DNA of 64,000 nucleotides, taken from the NCBI GenBank assembly GCA_030673895.1, contig JAUTCR010000015.1, positions 753 to 64,752 of the forward strand, given 5' to 3'. This document shows, one piece after another, positions 1-9,950 of the stretch (position 1 is its first letter; every line of letters begins with the position of its first letter). The notes under the pieces were generated by a model. It did no database searches and was not told where the DNA came from. It saw nothing but the letters and a program-made list of their open reading frames with translations. Origin of the DNA: Verrucomicrobiota bacterium JB023 (lineage in GTDB: Bacteria > Verrucomicrobiota > Verrucomicrobiia > Verrucomicrobiales > Akkermansiaceae). A program made the translations under genes and the position numbers.

Positions 1-1
1 G

Positions 2-403
2 AAGAAGGGAGGGAACGGGACGGAGCATGACCGAACGATCATGGAGAACTTTTTTAAAGGTTCGGAATCATTTGAGGAATTTCTCATGGAGAGGTTGACT
101 CCGGAGTGGCTTGCCTCGTGGGTTCTTTTGCGCCCCCAGGCCGCCTTCATTTACGACCAAGCTGATACGCTGATGGTGGACAGCGTTTTGCGGCTCGAGT
201 CCATCAATGAAGATTTCTCGAGAATGCTTGAGGAAACCGGAAAAAATGCGCGTCCGCTGCCTCATCTCAATACAAGTGGTTCGCAGCGCGAAGAGATCAA
301 GGTCACACCCGAGGCGATGGAGCGTTTGCTCTCCTATTATCGGCGCGACTTCACTCTTCTCTATCCTGATTTTGACCCGGCTTCGCGGGTGAAGGCGAGC
401 TGA
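2..403 (+). CDS. sulfotransferase-family protein, C-terminal part (5' end lies upstream of window)
   Basis: The frame is open from nt 2 to the stop at 401-403. The tail HLNTSGSQ...LLSYYRRDFTLLYPDF resembles the C-terminal motif of family-2 sulfotransferases. It heads a polysaccharide operon. Confidence 0.45.
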   Translation, partial: KKGGNGTEHDRTIMENFFKGSESFEEFLMERLTPEWLASWVLLRPQAAFIYDQADTLMVDSVLRLESINEDFSRMLEETGKNARPLPHLNTSGSQREEIKVTPEAMERLLSYYRRDFTLLYPDFDPASRVKAS

Positions 404-455
404 GGTCACCTTCGTTTTCGGGTAAGCAGCAAACAGCCTCAATAGGGCTTAATCG

Positions 456-1424
456 TTGGAAAATACCGTGTCGCTAAACGAACTAAAAATCTCTGTTATT
501 GTCCCAACTTTCATGAGGGAGGAGATCCTTGTCGAAACGCTCAACTACCTGTGGGCGCAAGACTTTCCTACTTCTCGCTACGAGGTGATCTTGGTTGACC
601 AGACACCTCAGCATAATAGCGGTGTTGAGGAGGCTCTGACCGGGATGGGGGAACGTGAAAACTTCACTTGGCTTCGTGCGAAGGGCTGGGCGAATCTTCC
701 TGCCGCTCGCAATCGGGGGATTGAGGTGGCAAATGGAGATTACGTGGTCTTCGTGGACGATGATGTCGTGCTCGATGCTGATTTTCTGCAGCAGGTTGTG
801 CGGGCGTTTGAGGAAAGTGGTGCCGACAGCGTGGTGGGTCCGGTCTTGATGAGACCCGAAAAGGAGCCTGAGTCTGTTAAGGATGGGGTGTCCCAAGAAG
901 GAGACGAAATGGGCGTTCTTGAGTCGAGATGGGTGTCGGCCGGAAGGGGTTGCAACATGAGTTTCCGACGGGCGATTTTTCAGGGAGACAATCCCCTTTG
1001 GTTCGATCACCGCTATTTGGGTAACGCGATTCTCGAGGAAACCGACGTTTTCACCAGGTTAAGCGCGGTGGGTGGTCGGGTGTGGCTTGATGACCGTATT
1101 CCCTTGATCCACCTCGCCGACCGGGTGGGAGGCTGCCGGGCGGCAACCTTCAAGGATGGCAAGAGGTTGCCCAAGCATTTCCCGCTCTACTTTCACAATC
1201 ATTTTTTGTATGGAGTGAAGCAGCACGGCGTCTCGGGTCTTCGAGCGGCCTTCCATCAGTTCAGAATGCTGGGGGAGTCGAAATCGATGAAGGGAATCCG
1301 TGTGCTTTTTCTTGGGGCCGCCTTTTTCTCAGGCTTGTTCAAGCTGCTGGTGACGTTCTCAAAGGGGGAGTGGGACTGGGAAAAGATCTCGGGAAAACGA
1401 TTTCTGGTTTCCAAACCGACTTGA
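456..1424 (+). CDS. family-2 glycosyltransferase
   Basis: ISVIVPTFMREEILVETLNYLWAQDF and ARNRGIEVANGDYVVFVDDDVVL form the GT-A fold DxD region. TTG start as given by the track. Confidence 0.8.
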   Translation: MENTVSLNELKISVIVPTFMREEILVETLNYLWAQDFPTSRYEVILVDQTPQHNSGVEEALTGMGERENFTWLRAKGWANLPAARNRGIEVANGDYVVFVDDDVVLDADFLQQVVRAFEESGADSVVGPVLMRPEKEPESVKDGVSQEGDEMGVLESRWVSAGRGCNMSFRRAIFQGDNPLWFDHRYLGNAILEETDVFTRLSAVGGRVWLDDRIPLIHLADRVGGCRAATFKDGKRLPKHFPLYFHNHFLYGVKQHGVSGLRAAFHQFRMLGESKSMKGIRVLFLGAAFFSGLFKLLVTFSKGEWDWEKISGKRFLVSKPT

Positions 1425-1528
1425 TCTGGGATGGTGTCCATCCGCCAGTCGCTTTCGTCACCCTGTGAACAGCGCGGCTCGAGTTTCGCGCTCCCTGCGC
1501 GAAGTCTAATAAACTGACTCAGCCAGAT

Positions 1529-3043
1529 ATGAATAAACAGCTGTCCAGCGTTCTTGTCATCGCCTTTGGGCTTCTTGGTGCCCTTTTCGTCGTCTTTCAG
1601 GTTCTTTCAACGGGAAAGAATGCTCTGGGGGAGGCCTACAAATATTTCTTGCCGATGGCCTTCTTCATCGGCCTTTTGGCACCTCGCTTTGCCTGCTACT
1701 TGCTTGCTTTTTTCGCCGTTTACATTGATGTCGGGAAGAAGCTGCTGGTAGTCGGGGAGAGTCTCTACTTCGCCGATCTGTTTTACATTCTTGGAATTCC
1801 TCCTGTGATGCTTCTTGGGGCATGTCTCTCCAAGGCCTTGGCTCTTTTTTGGAACTGGACGTCCTCCAGCATGAAGATGCAGCGAGAGAGTTTTCTTCTC
1901 GCCTGTGGGCTAATTTTAGCAGTTTCCTTGGTTGTGGTGATCCGTTCGGGAGTCTCGGCGGAATCGGTCAAAGAACTGGCCAACTCAGCTGCCTACCTCG
2001 GGCTTATCTTCCTTGTCCCGGCTGTCTTCCGTGAAAAAGGGGAGATGCTCCATTACCTCAAGGTGATTGTATTCTTGATGGTGCCGGGGGCGCTCTACGG
2101 GCTCTATCACTTCTTCTTCGGGATGAACGAATTTGAGCTCATCTACTACAGCTCGGGCTTGTCGATGAATGAGATCTACGTTCTTTCAGGTGAGGGGGTT
2201 TTCGGTCCCTTCTCCTCTCAGGGAGCGCTGTCATCCTCAATGATGATTTCCGCCCTCTTCTGTGCTCTTGTCTATTTCCTTGGCCCGGAAGAACGGCCTC
2301 GTTTTTTGAATCCGGTTTTGGCTGCCTGTCTGTTCATCGTCTTCTTCGCCACCGCCATCCTATCCCTAAAGCGGGGACCTCTTCTTATTCTGCCTGTAGC
2401 ACTTGTTCTCTATCTCGTTTTGCGTAGCCGGGGGGGACTTGTCCTTTCTCTCTTGGGCGGGGCGGCCATGATTCTCCTATTCGTATTCACGGGAGATTGG
2501 GTCGCTGATCAGCTGCCAAATTGGCAGCTCGCTCTTAACAAGATGCTTGGTGTGGAGAGTTCGACTGAGCAAAACCTCTTCCGCATCCGGACTCTTAACG
2601 TTCGTATGGTGGAATTTGCCAGTCTCTCTGATCCTGAGAACTGGGTGCCTTTTGGGCTGGCCTTCGGGCAGGGGAATGAAAAGTACGACTATGCGGTTCA
2701 CGCCGGCATTGTTGGCATGGTCCACAAGCTCGGTTATGTTCCCTTGATTGCCTTGTTGCTGATCTTTCTTCCCTGCATCTGGGTCGTTCACGGAATTTAT
2801 CTGAAGGTTTTACGGATGGGAGTGCGGTATGCAAACTTGTTGTTCTGCATTGGTGCCGCGACTCTGGTCGTGCCCATGTTGGGGTTGAGTAACTTTAGTG
2901 TCTTCCCCGTACCCTTCCTCGCCGGTCTTTGCTTCGGAGCCTTTTGGCGGGCCCGCTATTTCGTTGATGCGAAGGCAACGGAAAAGGCTGACGATACGGA
3001 GACTGAAGAGATTCCGATTTTGGCAGGACATTATGCGAACTAA
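1529..3043 (+). CDS. polytopic membrane protein, Wzy/O-antigen-polymerase-like
   Basis: 504 aa with about 10-12 hydrophobic helices and one larger loop. The assignment rests on its position inside a polysaccharide operon; no diagnostic motif was recognised. Confidence 0.4.
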   Translation: MNKQLSSVLVIAFGLLGALFVVFQVLSTGKNALGEAYKYFLPMAFFIGLLAPRFACYLLAFFAVYIDVGKKLLVVGESLYFADLFYILGIPPVMLLGACLSKALALFWNWTSSSMKMQRESFLLACGLILAVSLVVVIRSGVSAESVKELANSAAYLGLIFLVPAVFREKGEMLHYLKVIVFLMVPGALYGLYHFFFGMNEFELIYYSSGLSMNEIYVLSGEGVFGPFSSQGALSSSMMISALFCALVYFLGPEERPRFLNPVLAACLFIVFFATAILSLKRGPLLILPVALVLYLVLRSRGGLVLSLLGGAAMILLFVFTGDWVADQLPNWQLALNKMLGVESSTEQNLFRIRTLNVRMVEFASLSDPENWVPFGLAFGQGNEKYDYAVHAGIVGMVHKLGYVPLIALLLIFLPCIWVVHGIYLKVLRMGVRYANLLFCIGAATLVVPMLGLSNFSVFPVPFLAGLCFGAFWRARYFVDAKATEKADDTETEEIPILAGHYAN

Positions 3044-3908
3044 GCTCAAGCAATTACTGATCAACAAGACCCCTGGCCTTTATATCTCGCTCTCCCGGGG
3101 TTTGGCTCAATTCACGCATCAGCGGGAGGCTCAGGTTCTTCGGCAGCCGAGGAGTGGAGAGGCGGATTTTGACTCCGCGATCTACTTCACCTACTACCGC
3201 TGTGGCTCACAGGTCTTTAAAAAGGTCTTTCGATCCATTTGCCAGGCTACTGACGAGACGCCGGAGTGGATCGATTTCGAGTCCTACATGATGCACCGGG
3301 AACCTGAGAAGGGGAACATCCAAGATCGGATTGACGAGTTCTTGCCCGCATTCGTTGAGAAGGGCTTTCTTTATGGTCCCATTTATCATGCGGAAGAGAA
3401 GTTGCTGGAGCATCCAACGCTGAATTCTTTTTGTATTTTGCGGGATCCTCGGGATGTGTTGGTTTCTCACTATTACTCTCTGGGCTTTGCTCATACTGTG
3501 ACGGATCAATTCTCGGCTGATCGGCGCCGGGCGGTCGCGGCGATGACGATCGACGAGTTTGTTCTCTCGCCCAAGTATCTTGATGAGGTGAAAGAGCGTT
3601 ATGCTCTCTATCAGAAACGATTCATCGCGGGAAAAGGTGGAGACGGATTTTATCGTTACGAGGATATGGTCCGTGATTTGCCGGTCTTCATGGAGGCCAT
3701 TGTGAAGCGGCTCAACATCAAGGCCGATTCGACCTTGATTCAGTCGGTTTGCCGTGATGTGCAGACGGAGAACAAGACGGAACAAAAAACGTCCCATCGG
3801 CGGAGTGGCAAATGGGGTCAGTTTCGGAAGAAATTGAAACCTGAAACCGTCGCGAGTCTGGAAACCTCGCTGGGTGAGCTGATTGAGCCTTGGCAGGAAC
3901 TGGCCTGA
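3033..3908 (+). CDS. sulfotransferase
   Basis: ILRDPRDVLVSHYYS is a 3'-phosphate-binding RDPxD-type motif, and the C-terminal region is basic. ATG at 3033 was chosen because the track ORF start at 2898 overlaps the upstream gene. Confidence 0.7.
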   Translation: MRTKLKQLLINKTPGLYISLSRGLAQFTHQREAQVLRQPRSGEADFDSAIYFTYYRCGSQVFKKVFRSICQATDETPEWIDFESYMMHREPEKGNIQDRIDEFLPAFVEKGFLYGPIYHAEEKLLEHPTLNSFCILRDPRDVLVSHYYSLGFAHTVTDQFSADRRRAVAAMTIDEFVLSPKYLDEVKERYALYQKRFIAGKGGDGFYRYEDMVRDLPVFMEAIVKRLNIKADSTLIQSVCRDVQTENKTEQKTSHRRSGKWGQFRKKLKPETVASLETSLGELIEPWQELA

Positions 3909-3937
3909 GCGCTCGTTTTCAGCCGCTCTCAGTCCCG

Positions 3938-5029
3938 ATGAAAACAATTAATTGGTATGGCGCTCATCCCGAAGAGGTGAGCATCTCGATGGATATTTAT
4001 CAGGCGAGCCTTGCCGAAGAGATTCGAGAGGATGACCCTTATGAGATCCAAGGATGGCCGAAAGGGCCGCTTGAATTGGGGCGAGGCAAAAGACGCCTCC
4101 ATCGCTTCGCAGGGAAGTACCTGACCTACCCCTTGCGGGTAAGGCTGGAAAGTGGAGCTGCGGACTTGGTTCATTTTCTCGATCATTCCAGTGGGCATCT
4201 CGTTCCGCATGTTGCGGACGGGGTGAAGACGGTGGTGACCTTGCACGACCTGATTCCTCTGCATGATTTCGGTGGATTGACGCCCAAGCAATTGGTTCGT
4301 TTCCGGGGGGTGGTGGAGAATCTCCGGCAAGCGGATCGAGTGGTCTCGGTGTCGGAGTTCTCCAAGCAAGAGGCAGTGGATTTGCTCTCGCTCAATCCGG
4401 AGAAGATCGTGGTCGTTCCCAATGGGGTGAAAATGCCGGATCAGGCGCCTGGTCAATCGGTCCCGGTAGCGCGGATGCGGGAGAACGAGGTGGACAGAGT
4501 GGTTTTATCCGTAGGGAGCACTTTGGAGCGCAAAAACTTGTCCCTTCTTCCGGCGGCCTTGAAGGAAGCCTCCCGGGTCAGCGGTAAGCGATGGGGATTA
4601 CTTCGCGTGGGGGCTCCTCTAAGTGAAACCTTGAAGAGCGCTTTTGCGCAATGCTTGGGAGAGGGCGGTTTGTTAGAATGGGGCCGGGCCTCGGCAGAGG
4701 AACTCTCGGCAGCCTACCACGATGCTGACGTGGTGGTGATCCCGTCCCGCTCGGAAGGATTCGGATTGCCGGTCTTGGAAGCTTTTTCCCATGGCACGCC
4801 TGTGGCTTGTAGCAATACGAGCAGTTTGCCGGAAGTGTGTGATGGGCTCGGTTGTCTTTTTCCTCCCGATGATGCGGCGGAGGCGGGCGCAAAGCTCGTC
4901 GAGGCTCATGAGAGGGCAGAGGACGAGAGCTTTCGGGAGCAACTGGTCGCTCGGGCGCGGGCTTATTCCTGGCGTCGGAGCTTGGAAGGCTTGTATGAGG
5001 TCTATGATGACCTCCTGACAATCAGCTGA
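3938..5029 (+). CDS. family-4 (GT-B) glycosyltransferase
   Basis: SRSEGFGLPVLEAFSHGTPVACSNTSSLPEV is the typical GT4 EX7E region. ATG at 3938. Confidence 0.85.
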   Translation: MKTINWYGAHPEEVSISMDIYQASLAEEIREDDPYEIQGWPKGPLELGRGKRRLHRFAGKYLTYPLRVRLESGAADLVHFLDHSSGHLVPHVADGVKTVVTLHDLIPLHDFGGLTPKQLVRFRGVVENLRQADRVVSVSEFSKQEAVDLLSLNPEKIVVVPNGVKMPDQAPGQSVPVARMRENEVDRVVLSVGSTLERKNLSLLPAALKEASRVSGKRWGLLRVGAPLSETLKSAFAQCLGEGGLLEWGRASAEELSAAYHDADVVVIPSRSEGFGLPVLEAFSHGTPVACSNTSSLPEVCDGLGCLFPPDDAAEAGAKLVEAHERAEDESFREQLVARARAYSWRRSLEGLYEVYDDLLTIS

Positions 5030-5066
5030 GGGCGAGGACGAGGGCGGTTTGAGCAAAAAATTTGAG

Positions 5067-6041
5067 ATGAGTAAGATTTTTCTAACTGGCGCTTCCGGTT
5101 TCATCGGAACGCATTTGGTGGCAACCTTTCTGAAGCGGGGGGACGAGGTGATGAACTTCGACGAAAATCCCCCTCAGCGCTCCGAGCACGAGCCTCAGTG
5201 GCGGAAGGGCTCGATCATGGATGCGGAAGGCTTGGCGAAGGCAATGAAGGAATTTGCTCCCGACATTGTCATCCACTTGGCTGCCCGCACGGATTGTGTG
5301 GAGGACACCACTGTGGAGGAGGGATATCCTGTCAATACGGTGGGAGTGAAGAATGTTTGCGAGGCCATCAAGGCCAATGAGGCATCGATCAAGCGCGTCA
5401 TCATGACCTCGACCCAGTATGTGAGTGGGCCGGGTCGTTTGCCGGAGCATGATCAGGATTACTTTCCCCACACCGTCTATGGGCATAGCAAGGTGGAAGG
5501 GGAGCGGATCGTCCGGGCTGCTGACCTGCCCATGACGTGGTGCTTCATCCGCCCGGTGAACATTTGGGGGCCTTACCATGCCCGCTACGGCAAGGAATTC
5601 TGGCGCATTGCCTCCAAGGGGCTTTATCTCCATCCCGGTGTTCCCAGCCCGACGCGGGCTTATGGCTACATCGGCAATGTCGTTTGGCAGATTGAGCAGA
5701 TTTTGCAGGCTGACGAGGAGACGATTCAGGGCAAAGCGATCTACGTGGGAGATCCTCCTATCTCCATTGACAAGTGGTCGAAGGGCTTCGTGCGAGAATT
5801 CCGGGGCAAGGACCCGATGGAATTGCCCTATCCCATGCTGAAGTTGATAGCCATGGGGGGAGATTTGATTTCCAAGGTGCAAGGAAAGCCATTTTATCTG
5901 ACCAGCTCCCGTCTCAATAGCATGACCGAGGACTACCTCGCTCCGGTGGAGAAGACCTACGAGATGTTTGGACCACCGCCCTACACGCTCGAGGAGGGAA
6001 TCAAAGAGACGGTGCAGTGGTATCGGCAGGAAATCGGCTGA
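5067..6041 (+). CDS. NAD-dependent epimerase/dehydratase (SDR family)
   Basis: N-terminal Rossmann motif IFLTGASGFIGTHLV, and the catalytic YxxxK region YGHSK. Confidence 0.85.
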   Translation: MSKIFLTGASGFIGTHLVATFLKRGDEVMNFDENPPQRSEHEPQWRKGSIMDAEGLAKAMKEFAPDIVIHLAARTDCVEDTTVEEGYPVNTVGVKNVCEAIKANEASIKRVIMTSTQYVSGPGRLPEHDQDYFPHTVYGHSKVEGERIVRAADLPMTWCFIRPVNIWGPYHARYGKEFWRIASKGLYLHPGVPSPTRAYGYIGNVVWQIEQILQADEETIQGKAIYVGDPPISIDKWSKGFVREFRGKDPMELPYPMLKLIAMGGDLISKVQGKPFYLTSSRLNSMTEDYLAPVEKTYEMFGPPPYTLEEGIKETVQWYRQEIG

Positions 6042-6052
6042 TCGCAGAGGGG

Positions 6053-7177
6053 ATGAAGGAAGAGAACAAAGGTTTCGTGGTCGTCGCCGGCCAAATGCCA
6101 CCGCCAGTGGGGGGGCAGAACCTGGTGATTGAGCAAATCTATCACCTTGTTCGCGACAGACTGTCACCTGAGACATGCCATTGGAGATTTAATTTTACCC
6201 GCGATTCTGCAGGTTTTGGAGTGCCGGGATTCGAGAAAATCTTGGAGGTGTTCAGAGTTCTGGCGCGTCTCTGCAAGCTTCGCAGCCGAGGCCGCATCCG
6301 AGCTATTCTCTATCCCGTAGGTGGTCCACATCTGGTTGCCGTCGTTCGTGATTTGATTCTTCTGCTTCCGGCACGGCTTTGCGCTGACCGTGTTTATCTT
6401 CATTTCCATGCTGCTGGGGCCCATGAGTTCATGGAGTCGCGGTCTAATCTATTTTCACGAATTATCCGGTTCTTCTACTCCCAAGCCGACTCCGCGGTGG
6501 TAATGACGGAATTCGGCAAAAGAGATGCCACTGCCCTAGGCCTCAAGGATTGCTTTGTTATGCCCAACGGATTCGAGGACCAGGCAGGCGAATGGAAGCG
6601 GGAGGCTGTTGGCGAAGGTTCTCCGGTGAAAATTCTTAGCGTGGGGCACCTCTGTCGCGAGAAAGGAACGCCGGAGCTGATCCGTGCTTTCGGGGCGTTA
6701 CAGGCTGAATTTCCGGAGAGTGAACTGCATTTGGTGGGGGAGCCGGCCCGTGATTTGAACCAAGAGGAGCTGGACGCACTTTGCGCGGAAACCGGGGTTC
6801 CCGAGAGAATCATCCATCGGGGGCTGCTGCGCGGAGAGGCTCTGCAAGCGGCTTACCAAGAGGCGGATCTTTTTGTCTTCTCGACAGTGGCGCCTTACGA
6901 ATCATTTGGCATGGTCTTAATCGAAGCCATGCACTGGTCCTTGCCCATCGTGGCGACGGACTGGCGGGCAAACACCGAGGTCTGTGGTCCGCAGCTGGGA
7001 GGAGTCGTCGCCCGGGAGGTCGAAAAGGACTTGGCTGGCTCTCTGGAGAGAGCGCTGCGGCAGGCTCTCGAGCAACGCTCCCAGTGGGCTGAATGGGGAC
7101 AGGCGAATCGGCGTCGCTACGAGGAACAGTTTACGACTAAAAAGTTGGAAGAAAACCTGTCGACACTGCTCCAATAA
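6053..7177 (+). CDS. family-4 (GT-B) glycosyltransferase
   Basis: EKGTPELIRAF and ESFGMVLIEAMHWSLPIVATD. ATG at 6053. Confidence 0.8.
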   Translation: MKEENKGFVVVAGQMPPPVGGQNLVIEQIYHLVRDRLSPETCHWRFNFTRDSAGFGVPGFEKILEVFRVLARLCKLRSRGRIRAILYPVGGPHLVAVVRDLILLLPARLCADRVYLHFHAAGAHEFMESRSNLFSRIIRFFYSQADSAVVMTEFGKRDATALGLKDCFVMPNGFEDQAGEWKREAVGEGSPVKILSVGHLCREKGTPELIRAFGALQAEFPESELHLVGEPARDLNQEELDALCAETGVPERIIHRGLLRGEALQAAYQEADLFVFSTVAPYESFGMVLIEAMHWSLPIVATDWRANTEVCGPQLGGVVAREVEKDLAGSLERALRQALEQRSQWAEWGQANRRRYEEQFTTKKLEENLSTLLQ

Positions 7178-7205
7178 TTTCTGAGATCAGGAATTCCTTA
7201 ACGAG

Positions 7206-8216
7206 ATGGAAAACGCAGGATTCACTCACCAGAATATGGAAAAGCGCTCTTGGGTGACCTTGGCTCTCGTCTTCGCCAGTTTCCTGCTGCTCTTTGCCAT
7301 CCTTGGCTATGCGGGAGGCTACGGCAAAGTCGTCGATGGGCTGGTCGATACCACCTACCGCAGCACTTTGCTGGCGGATATGCGGGCGGATTACAAGCGG
7401 GATGAAGGGGAGTGGTCCTTTGGCTACTTCGTGCCGCTTGCGGTGGGGGCGCTCTTCTGGATTCGCCGACGGGAACTGTTGCAGACTGAGGTCAAGCCGG
7501 CGCTGGTGGAGGGAGGTTTGGTGATCGTTGGGGCCCTCTTCATCTATTGGGCCGGCTATCGCGGGCACCAAAAGTATTTCGGCTACATTTCCGGCCAATT
7601 TCTTGTCGCGGGGATGGTGCTTTGGTTTCTCGGCTGGGCTTGGTTCAAGAAGGTCTTCTGGCTCTGGTTGTTGCTGGGGATGATGTGGCCTTGGCGATTC
7701 CTCATTGGCCGAATTTCCTCTCCCTTGCAGGCCATCATGGTCAAGATGACCTCGGGCTTCATGGAGGTCATCGGAGTCGATGCGGTGTCGAACGGAAGCC
7801 AACTGCTGACCGCGACCCCCGACCCCAAGACGGGCGATCCGATTTCCCTCGATGTCGATGTCGCTTGCAGCGGAATGCGCTCTCTCTTTGCCTTGGTGAT
7901 GATCGGGCTCGTTTTTGCCTTTCTTCGCGTCAAGGATGAGTGGAAACGGTGGGTGGTGATGGCCTGCGTGCCTGTGATTGCAATCATCGGTAATTTCGTC
8001 CGCATGATGATGCTCTATTGGGGCTCGACGGCTTTCGGCACGGAATTCGCCATTGGAGAAGGACACGCCAACATTTCCGGTTATCACATCGCGGCCGGAC
8101 TCATGGTCTTCGTGGTGGCCTTGATCATTCTCTCTTTCGTGACCGGTCTGCTGGAGGGTGGATTCAAAAAGTTGAGGCGGCCCAAGGCGGTGTCGCGGCA
8201 GGTGGGGGAAGAGTGA
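7206..8216 (+). CDS. exosortase (EpsH-family transpeptidase)
   Basis: Polytopic protein with the exosortase signature Cys in DVACSGMRSLFALV, the downstream GNFVRMMML (NxxR) motif and a later His. It is followed directly by an EpsI gene. Confidence 0.85.
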   Translation: MENAGFTHQNMEKRSWVTLALVFASFLLLFAILGYAGGYGKVVDGLVDTTYRSTLLADMRADYKRDEGEWSFGYFVPLAVGALFWIRRRELLQTEVKPALVEGGLVIVGALFIYWAGYRGHQKYFGYISGQFLVAGMVLWFLGWAWFKKVFWLWLLLGMMWPWRFLIGRISSPLQAIMVKMTSGFMEVIGVDAVSNGSQLLTATPDPKTGDPISLDVDVACSGMRSLFALVMIGLVFAFLRVKDEWKRWVVMACVPVIAIIGNFVRMMMLYWGSTAFGTEFAIGEGHANISGYHIAAGLMVFVVALIILSFVTGLLEGGFKKLRRPKAVSRQVGEE

Positions 8217-8232
8217 TTTGAAGGGAAGAGGA

Positions 8233-9057
8233 ATGAATTTATCAGCACGAACAGGGATTTTTCTCGGGCTGGTGCTGGCCACCATCGTGGCCTGCAAGGT
8301 CTTCAGCAATCCCAAGACGAATCCTGTCGCGGGAGTCATCGTCTGGCTGCCCAAGATATTCGAAGGCAGCTTCGGGGAAGAAGAAACGATGGGGCCGGAG
8401 GAAAGACGCTGGCTACCGACGGACACGACCTTTTACAAATTGACCTATCCGCACGACGCCTTCCTCGCGGAGGCTAGTCGCGTTCGCTCCCTGGGGGGGG
8501 AACAAGCGGAGGCACGCGCGGAGGCCCTGATTGGCTGGGCCGGACGCTTCGGAATCTCGGCCACCTTGATTGTGGCCGGAGCGGATTCCCGCAGCTTGCA
8601 CCGTCCCCAAGTCTGTCTGAAAGCGCAGGGCTGGGCCATCGACAAACGGGAGATCGTGACGCTGGAAACCTCGGGCGGCCCTTTGCAGGTGATGGATTAC
8701 CATCTCAGCATGGTGAAACGGGGGCCCGACCAGAGCGCTCTGCGGGACGAAGACGGAAATCCCTTAAAGTTTAAGGCGCACTACGTTTACTGGTGGGTGG
8801 GACCCGAGGCCAGCACGCCGAAAGACGAGGAGCGGGTGTGGCTGGAGACCTGGAATAGCATCTTGAAAGGTCGCAAGGAGCGTTGGGCTTACCCGAGCGT
8901 GATGAGCTGGGTCAACGAGGCCGAAGGACCTGATGCGTCGTCCAAAACGCAAGAGCGCATCTATGACTACATCCGGCGGGCTGCTCCCGAATTCCAAAAA
9001 TCATTGGGAGCGGAAGCGAGGGATGACGCCAAGCCGTTGAAGGCGATTGGTGCTTAA
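8233..9057 (+). CDS. exosortase-associated EpsI-family protein
   Basis: N-terminal anchor plus the SLHRPQVCLKAQGW motif (the H-P-x-x-C-x-x-x-GW signature of EpsI). Adjacent to the exosortase. Confidence 0.8.
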   Translation: MNLSARTGIFLGLVLATIVACKVFSNPKTNPVAGVIVWLPKIFEGSFGEEETMGPEERRWLPTDTTFYKLTYPHDAFLAEASRVRSLGGEQAEARAEALIGWAGRFGISATLIVAGADSRSLHRPQVCLKAQGWAIDKREIVTLETSGGPLQVMDYHLSMVKRGPDQSALRDEDGNPLKFKAHYVYWWVGPEASTPKDEERVWLETWNSILKGRKERWAYPSVMSWVNEAEGPDASSKTQERIYDYIRRAAPEFQKSLGAEARDDAKPLKAIGA

Positions 9058-9062
9058 TCACA

Positions 9063-9950
9063 TTGAGAGAAAAAGGGTCATCATGGGCGAAGCTGATTCG
9101 CCCCCATCATTGGGTGAAGAGCGGTTTTTGTTTGGCCGCTCTTTCTCTTTCCGGGGAATGGAGAAGTCTTGCGAGTTGGTGGCTCGTGCTCCCGACCGTG
9201 GTGGGCTTCTCACTCATCTCTAGCGCCGGCTACATCTTTAATGATGTGCGCAATGCAGAGGAGGACCGGCATCATCCCCGCAAAAGAAAGCGGCCGGTGG
9301 CTGCGGGCGCGATCTCGGAGAGAGAGGCTTACTTGGGTTTCGTGCTCTTTGCTTTGGCGGGACTCGGGATCCTGGCGGCGAGCTATCCAGCGACGGTAGG
9401 GCTGAACCGGGTTTTGGTCGCCGGCTTGCTCTACTTCGGCGTCACCCTCAGCTATTCCTCCTATTTTCGCAAGGTGGCCTATCTGGACGTGTTGGTTCTC
9501 GGATTGGGTTTTGTGCTTCGTGTCGCGGCGGGAGCCTTTGCCATCGACCTGGATCCGACCTGGTGGTTGCTCGGTTTGACCTATGCCCTTGCTCTTCTGC
9601 TCGGCTTTGGCAAACGCTTGGGTGAAACCCAGCTGGCGGAGAAAAAGCAGATGACCCTGGGGGAAACCCGCTCGTCGCTGATTCGCTACCCGGCCGCCAC
9701 CCTACGGAACTTGGTGACGCTCTCAGGTTTTGGCGTCATGGCCTCCTATCTCGCCTACTGCTTGCTTGAGCGGAGTGAAAACCCTGTGTTCTTGCTGACC
9801 TTGGCTCCGGTGGTGACGGGCATTTTTTCTTATCTCCGCATGGCTTGGCGCACTGATGAAGTCGAGGTGCCAGAGAGGCTTTTCTTCTCGAGCCGGGTGT
9901 TGCTCGGTTCGGTTCTTCTTTGGCTCAGTATGGTCATGTTGATTGCATGA
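9063..9950 (+). CDS. UbiA-family prenyl-phosphate phosphoribosyltransferase (decaprenyl-phosphate phosphoribosyltransferase-like)
   Basis: NDVRNAEEDRHHPRKRKRPVAAG matches the NDxxDxxxDxxHPxKxxRPxAxG signature of DPPR synthase. About 8 TM helices. TTG start. Confidence 0.75.
   Translation: MREKGSSWAKLIRPHHWVKSGFCLAALSLSGEWRSLASWWLVLPTVVGFSLISSAGYIFNDVRNAEEDRHHPRKRKRPVAAGAISEREAYLGFVLFALAGLGILAASYPATVGLNRVLVAGLLYFGVTLSYSSYFRKVAYLDVLVLGLGFVLRVAAGAFAIDLDPTWWLLGLTYALALLLGFGKRLGETQLAEKKQMTLGETRSSLIRYPAATLRNLVTLSGFGVMASYLAYCLLERSENPVFLLTLAPVVTGIFSYLRMAWRTDEVEVPERLFFSSRVLLGSVLLWLSMVMLIA

Noticed and set aside
7137-8426. Long antisense ORF (429 aa) opposite the exosortase gene. Similar long antisense or alternative-frame ORFs are 3207..3947, 5082..6176, 10222..11151, 12303..12938, 13876..14808, 14354..15136, 35845..36699, 38261..39226, 41721..43013, 50347..51240, 54228..54959 and 59544..60251.
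   Set aside because: Each overlaps a gene with strong motif support on the other strand or frame. The peptides are Arg/Pro/Gly/His-rich and low in complexity, as expected for non-coding frames of GC-rich DNA.
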